The translations under genes and the position numbers were made by a program. From Eledone cirrhosa (Eukaryota), in assembly GCA_964016885.1 (NCBI GenBank), contig OZ024744.1, positions 30,256,001 through 30,320,000 of the forward strand: a stretch of DNA of 64,000 nt. Reading direction: 5' to 3'. Below are positions 25,301 through 37,300 of this stretch, one piece after another (position 1 is the stretch's first letter; every line of letters starts with the position of its first letter). Under the pieces are notes generated by a model that was not told where the DNA came from, ran no database searches, and saw nothing but the letters and a program-made list of their open reading frames with translations.

Positions 25301-28300
25301 GCAGAGACAGTGACAGTAGTAGCTGTAGTAGAGACAGTAGTAGCTGTAGTAGAGACAGTAGTAGCTGTAGCAGAGACAGTGACAGTAGTAGCTGTAGTAG
25401 AGACAGAGACAGTAGTAGCTGTAGTAGAGACAGTGACAGTAGTAGCTGTAGTAGAGACAGTAGTAGCTGTAGTAGAGACAGTAGTAGCTGTAGTAGAGAC
25501 AGTGACAGTAGTAGCTGTAGTAGAGACAGTAGTAGCTGTAGTAGAGACAGTGACAGTAGTAGCTGTAGTAGAGACAGTAGTAGCTGTAGTAGAGACAGTA
25601 GTAGCTGTAGTAGTGACAGTGACAGTAGTAGCTGTAGTAGAGACAGTGACAGTAGTAGCTGTAGTAGAGACAGTGACAGTAGTAGCTGTAGTAGAGACAG
25701 TAGTAGCTGTAGTAGAGACAGTGACAGTAGTAGCTGTAGTAGAGACAGTAGTAGCTGTAGTAGAGACAGAGACAGTAGTAGCTGTAGTAGAGACAGTGAC
25801 AGTAGTAGCTGTAGTAGAGACAGTAGTAGCTGTAGTAGTGACAGTGACAGTAGTAGCTGTAGTAGAGACAGTAGTAGCTGTAGTAGAGACAGTAGTAGCT
25901 GTAGTAGAGACAGTGACAGTAGTAGCTGTAGTAGAGACAGTGACAGTAGTAGCTGTAGTAGAGACAGTGACAGTAGTAGCTGTAGTAGAGACAGTAGTAG
26001 CTGTAGTAGAGACAGTGACAGTAGTAGCTGTAGTAGAGACAGTGACAGTAGTAGCTGTAGTAGAGACAGTAGTAGCTGTAGTAGAGACAGAGACAGTAGT
26101 AGCTGTAGTAGAGACAGTAGTAGCTGTAGTAGAGACAGTGACAGTAGTAGCTGTAGCAGAGACAGTAGTAGCTGTAGCAGAGACAGTAGTAGCTGTAGTA
26201 GAGACAGTAGTAGCTGTAGTAGAGACAGTGACAGTAGTAGCTGTAGTAGAGACAGTGGCAGTAGTAGCTGTAGTAGAGACAGTAGTAGCTGTAGTAGAGA
26301 CAGTGACAGTAGTAGCTGTAGTAGAGACAGTAGTAGCTGTAGTAGAGACAGTAGTAGCTGTAGTAGAGACAGTGACAGTAGTAGCTGTAGTAGAGACAGT
26401 GACAGTAGTAGCTGTAGTAGAGACAGTGACAGTAGTAGCTGTAGTAGAGACAGTGACAGTAGTAGCTGTAGTAGAGACAGTAGTAGCTGTAGTAGAGACA
26501 GTGACAGTAGTAGCTGTAGTAGAGACAGTAGTAGCTGTAGTAGAGACAGTGACAGTAGTAGCTGTAGTAGAGACAGTGACAGTAGTAGCTGTAGTAGAGA
26601 CAGTGACAGTAGTAGCTGTAGTAGAGACAGTAGTAGCTGTAGTAGTGACAGTGACAGTAGTAGCTGTAGTAGAGACAGTAGTAGCTGTAGTAGAGACAGT
26701 GACAGTAGTAGCTGTAGTAGAGACAGTGACAGTAGTAGCTGTAGTAGAGACAGTAGTAGCTGTAGTAGAGACAGTGACAGTAGTAGCTGTAGTAGAGACA
26801 GTAGTAGCTGTAGTAGAGACAGTAGTAGCTGTAGTAGAGACAGTGGCACTAGTAGCTGTAGTAGAGACAGTGACAGTAGTAGCTGTAGTAGAGACAGTGA
26901 CAGTAGTAGCTGTAGTAGAGACAGTAGTAGCTGTAGTAGAGACAGTGACAGTAGTAGCTGTAGTAGAGACAGTGACAGTAGTAGCTGTAGTAGAGACAGT
27001 GGCAGTAGTAGCTGTAGTAGAGACAGTAGTAGCTGTAGTAGAGACAGTGACAGTAGTAGCTGTAGTAGAGACAGTGGCAGTAGTAGCTGTAGTAGAGACA
27101 GTAGTAGCTGTAGTAGAGACAGTAGTAGCTGTAGTAGAGACAGTAGTAGCTGTAGTAGAGACAGTAGTAGCTGTAGTAGAGACAGTGACAGTAGTAGCTG
27201 TAGTAGAGACAGTAGTAGCTGTAGTAGAGACAGAGACAGTAGTAGCTGTAGTAGAGACAGTAGTAGCTGTAGTAGAGACAGTGACAGTAGTAGCTGTAGT
27301 AGAGACAGTAGTAGCTGTAGTAGAGACAGTGACAGTAGTAGCTGTAGTAGAGACAGTGACAGTAGTAGTTGTAGTAGAGACAGTGACAGTAGTAGCTGTA
27401 GTAGAGACAGTGACAGTAGTAGCTGTAGTAGAGACAGTAGTAGCTGTAGTAGAGACAGTAGTAGCTGTAGTAGAGACAGTGACAGTAGTAGCTGTAGTAG
27501 AGACAGTGGCAGTAGTAGCTGTAGTAGAGACAGTAGTAGCTGTAGTAGAGACAGTAGTAGCTGTAGTAGAGACAGTGACAGTAGTAGCTGTAGTAGAGAC
27601 AGTGGCAGTAGTAGCTGTAGTAGAGACAGTAGTAGCTGTAGTAGAGACAGTAGTAGCTGTAGTAGAGACAGTGACAGTAGTAGCTGTAGTAGAGACAGTG
27701 ACAGTAGTAGCTGTAGTAGAGACAGTAGTAGCTGTAGTAGAGACAGTGGCAGTAGTAGCTGTAGAAGAGACAGTAGTAGCTGTAGTAGAGACAGTGACAG
27801 TAGTAGCTGTAGTAGAGACAGTGACAGTAGTAGCTGTAGTAGAGACAGTAGTAGCTGTAGTAGAGACAGTAGTAGCTGTAGTAGAGACAGTGGCAGTAGT
27901 AGCTGTAGTAGAGACAGTAGTAGCTGTAGTAGAGACAGTAGTAGCTGTAGTAGAGACAGTGACAGTAGTAGCTGTAGTAGAGACAGTAGTAGCTGTAGTA
28001 GAGACAGTGACAGTAGTAGCTGTAGTAGAGACAGTGACAGTAGTAGCTGTAGTAGAGACAGTAGTAGCTGTAGTAGAGACAGTGACAGTAGTAGCTGTAT
28101 TTAAGACAGTGACAGTAGTAGCTGTAGTAGAGACAGTGGTAGCTGTAGTAGAGACAGTGACAGTAGTAGCTGTAGTAGAGACAGTGACAGTAGTAGCTGT
28201 AGTAGAGACAGTAGTAGCTGTAGTAGAGACAGTGACAGTAGTAGCTGTAGTAGAGACAGTGACAGTAGTAGCTGTAGTAGAGACAGTAGTAGCTGTAGTA

Positions 28301-31300
28301 GAGACAGTGACAGTAGTAGCTGTAGTAGAGACAGTGACAGTAGTAGCTGTAGTAGAGACAGTAGTAGCTGTAGTAGAGACAGTAGTAGCTGTAGTAGAGA
28401 CAGTAGTAGCTGTAGTAGAGACAGTAGTAGCTGTAGTAGAGACAGTAGTAGCTGTAGTAGAGACAGTGACAGTAGTAGCTGTAGTAGAGACAGTAGTAGC
28501 TGTAGTAGAGACAGTAGTAGCTGTAGTAGAGACAGTAGTAGCTGTAGTAGAGACAGTGACAGTAGTAGCTGTAGTAGAGACAGTAGTAGCTGTAGTAGAG
28601 ACAGTGACAGTAGTAGCTGTAGTAGAGACAGTGACAGTAGTAGCTGTAGTAGAGACAGTGAAAGTAGTAGCTGTAGTAGAGACAGTAGTAGCTGTAGTAG
28701 AGACAGTAGTAGCTGTAGTAGAGACAGTGACAGTAGAAGCTGTAGTAGAGACAGTGACAGTAGTAGCTGTAGTAGAGACAGTGACAGTAGTAGCTGTAGT
28801 AGAGACAGTAGTAGCTGTAGTAGAGACAGTAGTAGCTGTAGTAGAGACAGTGACAGTAGTAGCTGTAGTAGAGACAGTGGCAGTAGTAGCTGTAGTAGAG
28901 ACAGTGACAGTAGTAGCTGTAGTAGAGACAGTGACAGTAGTAGCTGTAGTAGAGACAGTAGTAGCTGTAGTAGAGACAGTAGTAGCTGTAGTAGAGACAG
29001 TGACAGTAGTAGCTGTAGTAGAGACAGTGACAGTAGTAGCTGTAGTAGAGACAGTGACAGTAGTAGCTGTAGTAGAGACAGTGACAGTAGTAGCTGTAGT
29101 AGAGACAGTGGCAGTAGTAGCTGTAGTAGAGACAGTGACAGTAGTAGCTGTAGTAGAGACAGTGACAGTAGTAGCTGTAGTAGAGACAGTAGTAGCTGTA
29201 GTAGAGACAGTAGTAGCTGTAGTAGAGACAGTGACAGTAGTAGCTGTAGTAGAGACAGTAGTAGCTGTAGTAGAGACAGTAGTAGCTGTAGTAGAGACAG
29301 TGACAGTAGTAGCTGTAGTAGAGACAGTGACAGTAGTAGCTGTAGTAGAGACAGTAGTAGCTGTAGTAGAGACAGTAGTAGCTGTAGTAGAGACAGTGAC
29401 AGTAGTAGCTGTAGTAGAGACAGTGACAGTAGTAGCTGTAGTAGAGACAGTGACAGTAGTAGCTGTAGTAGAGACAGTAGTAGCTGTAGTAGAGACAGTG
29501 ACAGTAGTAGCTGTAGTAGAGACAGTGACAGTAGTAGCTGTAGTAGAGACAGTAGTAGCTGTAGTAGAGACAGTAGTAGCTGTAGTAGAGACAGTGACAG
29601 TAGTAGCTGTAGTAGAGACAGTGACAGTAGTAGCTGTAGTAGAGACAGTGACAGTAGTAGCTGTAGTAGAGACAGTAGTAGCTGTAGTAGAGACAGTGAC
29701 AGTAGTAGCTGTAGTAGAGACAGTGACAGTAGTAGCTGTAGTAGAGACAGTAGTAGCTGTAGTAGAGACAGTGACAGTAGTAGCTGTAGTAGAGACAGTG
29801 ACAGTAGTAGCTGTAGTAGAGACAGTGACAGTAGTAGCTGTAGTAGAGACAGTGACAGTAGTAGCTGTAGTAGAGACAGTAGTAGCTGTAGTAGAGACAG
29901 TGACAGTAGTAGCTGTAGTAGAGACAGTAGTAGCTGTAGTAGAGACAGTGACAGTAGTAGCTGTAGTAGAGACAGTGACAGTAGTAGCTGTAGTAGAGAC
30001 AGTGACAGTAGTAGCTGTAGTAGAGACAGTAGTAGCTGTAGTAGTGACAGTGACAGTAGTAGCTGTAGTAGAGACAGTAGTAGCTGTAGTAGAGACAGTG
30101 ACAGTAGTAGCTGTAGTAGAGACAGTGACAGTAGTAGCTGTAGTAGAGACAGTAGTAGCTGTAGTAGAGACAGTGGCACTAGTAGCTGTAGTAGAGACAG
30201 TGGCAGTAGTAGCTGTAGTAGAGACAGTGACAGCAGTAGCTGTAGTAGAGACAGTGACAGTAGTAGCTGTAGTAGAGACAGTGACAGTAGTAGCTGTAGT
30301 AGAGACAGTGGCAGTAGTAGCTGTAGTAGAGACAGTAGTAGCTGTAGTAGAGACAGTGACAGTAGTAGCTGTAGTAGAGACAGTGACAGTAGTAGCTGTA
30401 GTAGAGACAGAGACAGTAGTAGCTGTAGTAGAGACAGTAGTAGCTGTAGTAGAGACAGTGACAGTAGTAGCTGTAGTAGAGACAGTAGTAGCTGTAGTAG
30501 AGACAGTAGTAGCTGTAGTAGAGACAGTAGTAGCTGTAGTAGAGACAGTGACAGTAGTAGCTGTAGTAGAGACAGTAGTAGCTGTAGTAGAGACAGAGAC
30601 AGTAGTAGCTGTAGTAGAGACAGTAGTAGCTGTAGTAGAGACAGTGACAGTAGTAGCTGTAGTAGAGACAGTAGTAGCTGTAGTAGAGACAGTGACAGTA
30701 GTAGTTGTAGTAGAGACAGTGACAGTAGTAGCTGTAGTAGAGACAGTGACAGTAGTAGCTGTAGTAGAGACAGTAGTAGCTGTAGTAGAGACAGTAGTAG
30801 CTGTAGTAGAGACAGTGACAGTAGTAGCTGTAGTAGAGACAGTGGCAGTAGTAGCTGTAGTAGAGACAGTAGTAGCTGTAGTAGAGACAGTAGTAGCTGT
30901 AGTAGAGACAGTGACAGTAGTAGCTGTAGTAGAGACAGTGGCAGTAGTAGCTGTAGTAGAGACAGTAGTAGCTGTAGTAGAGACAGTAGTAGCTGTAGTA
31001 GAGACAGTGACAGTAGTAGCTGTAGTAGAGACAGTGGCAGTAGTAGCTGTAGAAGAGACAGTAGTAGCTGTAGTAGAGACAGTGGCACTAGTAGCTGTAG
31101 TAGAGACAGTGGCAGTAGTAGCTGTAGTAGAGACAGTAGTAGCTGTAGTAGAGACAGAGACAGTAGTAGCTGTAGTAGAGACAGTAGTAGCTGTAGTAGA
31201 GACAGTGGCAGTAGTAGCTGTAGTAGAGACAGTGACAGTAGTAGCTGTAGTAGAGACAGTAGTAGCTGTAGTAGAGACAGTGGCAGTAGTAGCTGTAGTA

Positions 31301-34300
31301 GAGACAGTGACAGCAGTAGCTGTAGTAGAGACAGTAGTAGCTGTAGTAGAGACAGTAGTAGCTGTAGTAGAGACAGTGGCAGTAGTAGCTGTAGTAGAGA
31401 CAGTAGTAGCTGTAGTAGAGACAGTAGTAGCTGTAGTAGAGACAGTGGCAGTAGTAGCTGTAGTAGAGACAGTAGTAGCTGTAGTAGAGACAGTAGTAGC
31501 TGTAGTAGAGACAGTGACAGTAGTAGCTGTAGTAGAGACAGTGACAGTAGTAGCTGTAGTAGAGACAGTGACAGTAGTAGCTGTAGTAGAGACAGTAGTA
31601 GCTGTAGTAGTGACAGTGACAGTAGTAGCTGTAGTAGAGACAGTAGTAGCTGTAGTAGAGAGAGTGACAGTAGTAGCTGTAGTAGAGACAGTGACAGTAG
31701 TAGCTGTAGTAGAGACAGTAGTAGCTGTAGTAGAGACAGTGGCACTAGTAGCTGTAGTAGAGACAGTGGCAGTAGTAGCTGTAGTAGAGACAGTGACAGT
31801 AGTAGCTGTAGTAGAGACAGTAGTAGCTGTAGTAGAGACAGTGACAGTAGTAGCTGTAGCAGAGACAGTAGTAGCTGTAGTAGAGACAGTGACAGTAGTA
31901 GCTGTAGTAGAGACAGTAGTAGCTGTAGTAGAGACAGTAGTAGCTGTAGTAGAGACAGTGGCAGTAGTAGCTGTAGTAGAGACAGTGACAGTAGTAGCTG
32001 TAGTAGAGACAGTGACAGTAGTAGCTGTAGTAGAGACAGTGGCAGTAGTAGCTGTAGTAGAGACAGTAGTAGCTGTAGTAGAGACAGTGACAGTAGTAGC
32101 TGTAGTAGAGACAGTGACAGTAGTAGCTGTAGTAGAGACAGAGACAGTAGTAGCTGTAGTAGAGACAGTAGTAGCTGTAGTAGAGACAGTGACAGTAGTA
32201 GCTGTAGTAGAGACAGTGACAGTAGTAGCTGTAGTAGAGACAGTGGCAGTAGTAGCTGTAGTAGAGACAGTAGTAGCTGTAGTAGAGACAGTAGTAGCTG
32301 TAGTAGAGACAGTGACAGTAGTAGCTGTAGTAGAGACAGTGGCAGTAGTAGCTGTAGTAGAGACAGTAGTAGCTGTAGTAGAGACAGTAGTAGCTGTAGT
32401 AGAGACAGTGACAGTAGTAGCTGTAGTAGAGACAGTGGCAGTAGTAGCTGTAGAAGAGACAGTAGTAGCTGTAGTAGAGACAGTGACAGTAGTAGCTGTA
32501 GTAGAGACAGTGGCAGTAGTAGCTGTAGTAGAGACAGTAGTAGCTGTAGTAGAGACAGTAGTAGCTGTAGTAGAGACAGTGACAGTAGTAGTTGTAGTAG
32601 AGACAGTGACAGTAGTAGCTGTAGTAGAGACAGTGGCAGTAGTAGCTGTAGTAGAGACAGTAGTATCTGTAGTAGAGACAGTAGTAGCTGTAGTAGAGAC
32701 AGTGACAGTAGTAGCTGTAGTAGAGACAGTGGCAGTAGTAGCTGTAGTAGAGACAGTAGTAGCTGTAGTAGAGACAGTAGTAGCTGTAGTAGAGACAGTG
32801 ACAGTAGTAGCTGTAGTAGAGACAGTGGCAGTAGTAGCTGTAGAAGAGACAGTAGTAGCTGTAGTAGAGACAGTGACAGTAGTAGCTGTAGTAGAGACAG
32901 TGACAGTAGTAGCTGTAGTAGAGACAGTAGTAGCTGTAGTAGAGACAGTAGTAGCTGTAGTAGAGACAGTGACAGTAGTAGTTGTAGTAGAGACAGTGAC
33001 AGTAGTAGTTGTAGTAGAGACAGTGGCAGTAGTAGCTGTAGTAGAGACAGTAGTAGCTGTAGTAGAGACAGTAGTAGCTGTAGTAGAGACAGTGACAGTA
33101 GTAGCTGTAGTAGAGACAGTGGCAGTAGTAGCTGTAGTAGAGACAGTAGTAGCTGTAGTAGAGACAGTAGTAGCTGTAGTAGAGACAGTGACAGTAGTAG
33201 CTGTAGTAGAGACAGTGGCAGTAGTAGCTGTAGAAGAGACAGTAGTAGCTGTAGTAGAGACAGTGACAGTAGTAGCTGTAGTAGAGACAGTGACAGTAGT
33301 AGCTGTAGTAGAGACAGTAGTAGCTGTAGTAGAGACAGTAGTAGCTGTAGTAGAGACAGTGACAGTAGTAGCTGTAGTAGAGACAGTAGTAGCTGTAGTA
33401 GAGACAGTGGCAGTAGTAGCTGTAGTAGAGACAGTAGTAGCTGTAGTAGAGACAGTAGTAGCTGTAGTAGAGACAGTGACAGTAGTAGCTGTAGTAGAGA
33501 CAGTAGTAGCTGTAGTAGAGACAGTGACAGTAGTAGCTGTAGTAGAGACAGTGACAGTAGTAGCTGTAGTAGAGACAGTAGTAGCTGTAGTAGAGACAGT
33601 GACAGTAGTAGCTGTAGTTAAGACAGTGACAGTAGTAGCTGTAGTAGAGACAGTGGTAGCTGTAGTAGAGACAGTAGTAGCTGTAGTAGAGACAGTGACA
33701 GTAGTAGCTGTAGTAGAGACAGTAGTAGCTGTAGTAGAGACAGTGACAGTAGTAGCTGTAGTAGAGACAGTGACAGTAGTAGCTGTAGTAGAGACAGTAG
33801 TAGCTGTAGTAGAGACAGTAGTAGCTGTAGTAGAGACAGTAGTAGCTGTAGTAGAGACAGTGACAGTAGTAGCTGTAGTAGAGACAGTAGTAGCTGTAGT
33901 AGAGACAGTAGTAGCTGTAGTAGAGACAGTGACAGTAGTAGCTGTAGTAGAGACAGTAGTAGCTGTAGTAGAGACAGTAGTAGCTGTAGTAGAGACAGTG
34001 GTAGCTGTAGTAGAGACAGTGACAGTAGTAGCTGTAGTAGAGACAGTGACAGTAGTAGCTGTAGTAGAGACAGTAGTAGCTGTAGTAGAGACAGTGACAG
34101 TAGTAGCTGTAGTAGAGACAGTGACAGTAGTAGCTGTAGTAGAGACAGTGACAGTAGTAGCTGTAGTAGAGACAGTAGTAGCTGTAGTAGAGACAGTAGT
34201 AGCTGTAGTAGAGACAGTAGTAGCTGTAGTAGAGACAGTAGTAGCTGTAGTAGAGACAGTAGTAGCTGTAGTAGAGACAGTGACAGTAGTAGCTGTAGTA

Positions 34301-37300
34301 GAGACAGTAGTAGCTGTAGTAGAGACAGTAGTAGCTGTAGTAGAGACAGTAGTAGCTGTAGTAGAGACAGTAGTAGCTGCAGTAGAGACAGTGACAGTAG
34401 TAGCTGTAGTAGAGACAGTGGCAGTAGTAGCTGTAGTAGAGCCAGTGACAGTAGTAGCTGTAGTAGAGACAGTAGTAGCTGTAGTAGAGACAGTGACAGT
34501 AGTAGCTGTAGTAGAGACAGTAGTAGCTGTAGTAGAGACAGTGACAGTAGTAGCTGTAGTAGAGACAGTGACAGTAGTAGCTGTAGTAGAGACAGTAGTA
34601 GCTGTAGTAGAGACAGTAGTAGCTGTAGTAGAGACAGTGACAGTAGTAGCTGTAGTAGAGACAGTGGCAGTAGTAGCTGTAGTAGAGACAGTGACAGTAG
34701 TAGCTGTAGTAGAGACAGTGACAGTAGTAGCTGTAGTAGAGACAGTAGTAGCTGTAGTAGAGACAGTAGTAGCTGTAGTAGAGACAGTGACAGTAGTAGC
34801 TGTAGTAGAGACAGTGACAGTAGTAGCTGTAGTAGAGACAGTAGTAGCTGTAGTAGAGACAGTAGTAGCTGTAGTAGAGACAGTGACAGTAGTAGCTGTA
34901 GTAGAGACAGTGACAGTAGTAGCTGTAGTAGAGACAGTAGTAGCTGTAGTAGAGACAGTAGTAGCTGTAGTAGAGACAGTGACAGTAGTAGCTGTAGTAG
35001 AGACAGTGACAGTAGTAGCTGTAGTAGAGACAGTGACAGTAGTAGCTGTAGTAGAGACAGTGGCAGTAGTAGCTGTAGTAGAGACAGTGACAGTAGTAGC
35101 TGTAGTAGCGACAGTAGTAGCTGTAGTAGAGACAGTGACAGTAGTAGCTGTAGTAGAGACAGTAGTAGCTGTAGTAGAGACAGTGACAGTAGTGGCTGTA
35201 GTAGTGACAGTGACAGTAGTAGCTGTAGTAGAGACAGTAGTAGCTGTAGTAGAGACAGTAGTAGCTGTAGTAGAGACAGTGACAGTAGTAGCTGTAGTAG
35301 AGACAGTGACAGTAGTAGCTGTAGTAGAGACAGTGGCAGTAGTAGAGACAGTGACAGTAGTAGCTGTAGTAGAGACAGTGACAGTAGTAGCTGTAGTAGA
35401 GACAGTAGTAGCTGTAGTAGAGACAGAGACAGTAGTAGCTGTAGTAGAGACAGTGACAGTAGTAGCTGTAGTAGAGACAGTGACAGTAGTAGCTGTAGTA
35501 GAAACAGTGGCAGTAGTAGCTGTAGTAGAGACAGTAGTAGCTGTAGTAGAGACAGAGACAGTAGTAGCTGTAGTAGAGACAGTGACAGTAGTAGCTGTAG
35601 TAGAGACAGTGACAGTAGTAGCTGTAGTAGAGACAGTGGCAGTAGTAGCTGTAGTAGAGACAGTGACAGTAGTAGCTGTAGTAGAGACAGTAGTAGCTGT
35701 AGTAGAGACAGTGACAGTAGTAGCTGTAGTAGAGACAGTAGTAGCTGTAGTAGAGACAGTGACAGTAGTAGCTGTAGTAGAGACAGTAGTAGCTGTAGTA
35801 GAGACAGTGACAGTAGTGGCTGTAGTAGAGACAGTGACAGTAGTAGCTGTAGTAGTGACAGTGACAGTAGTAGCTGTAGTAGAGACAGTAGTAGCTGTAG
35901 TAGAGACAGTAGTAGCTGTAGTAGAGACAGTGACAGTAGTAGCTGTAGTAGAAACAGTAGTAGCTGTAGTAGAGACAGTGACAGTAGTAGCTGTAGTAGA
36001 GACAGTGACGGTAGTAGCTGTAGTAGAGACAGTGACAGTAGTAGCTGTAGTAGAGACAGTAGTAGCTGTAGTAGAGACAGTAGTAGCTGTAGTAGAGACA
36101 GTAGTAGCTGTAGTAGAGACAGTGGCAGTAGTAGCTGTAGTAGAGACAGTAGTAGCTGTAGTAGAGACAGAGACAGTAGTAGCTGTAGTAGAGACAGTAG
36201 TAGCTGTAGTAGAGACAGTAGTAGCTGTAGTAGAGACAGTGGCAGTAGTAGCTGTAGTAGAGACAGTGGCAGTAGTAGCTGTAGTAGAGACAGTAGTAGC
36301 TGTAGTAGAGACAGTGGCAGTAGTAGCTGTAGTAGAGACAGTGACAGTAGTAGCTGTAGTAGAGACAGTAGTAGCTGTAGTAGAGACAGTGACAGTAGTA
36401 GCTGTAGTAGAGACAGTGACAGTAGTAGCTGTAGTAGAGACAGTAGTAGCTGTAGTAGAGACAGTGACAGTAGTAGCTGTAGTAGAGACAGTGACAGTAG
36501 TAGCTGTAGTAGAGACAGTAGTAGCTGTAGTAGAGACAGAGACAGTAGTAGCTGTAGTAGAGACAGTAGTAGCTGTAGTAGAGACAGTAGTAGCTGTAGT
36601 AGAGACAGTAGTAGCTGTAGTAGAGACAGTGGCAGTAGTAGCTGTAGTAGAGACAGTAGTAGCTGTAGCAGAGACAGTGACAGTAGTAGCTGTAGCAGAG
36701 ACAGTAGTAGCTGTAGCAGAGACAGTGACAGTAGTAGCTGTAGTAGAGACAGTAGTAGCTGTAGTAGAGACAGTGGCAGTAGTAGCTGTAGTAGAGACAG
36801 TGGCAGTAGTAGCTGTAGTAGAGACAGTAGTAGCTGTAGTAGAGACAGTAGTAGCTGTAGTAGAGACAGTAGTAGCTGTAGTAGAGACAGTGGCAGTAGT
36901 AGCTGTAGTAGAGACAGTGGCAGTAGTAGCTGTAGTAGAGACAGTAGTAGCTGTAGTAGAGACAGTAGTAGCTGTAGTAGAGACAGTAGTAGCTGTAGTA
37001 GAGACAGTGGCAGTAGTAGCTGTAGTAGAGACAGTGGCAGTAGTAGCTGTAGTAGAGACAGTGACAGTAGTAGCTGTAGTAGAGACAGTAGTTGCTGTAG
37101 TAGAGACAGTGACAGTAGTAGCTGTAGTAGAGACAGTGACAGTAGTAGCTGTAGTAGAGACAGTGACAGTAGTAGCTGTAGTAGAGACAGTAGTAGCTGT
37201 AGTAGAGACAGTAGTAGCTGTAGTAGAGACAGTAGTAGCTGTAGTAGAGACAGTGACAGTAGTAGCTGTAGTAGAGACAGTGACAGTAGTAGCTGTAGTA

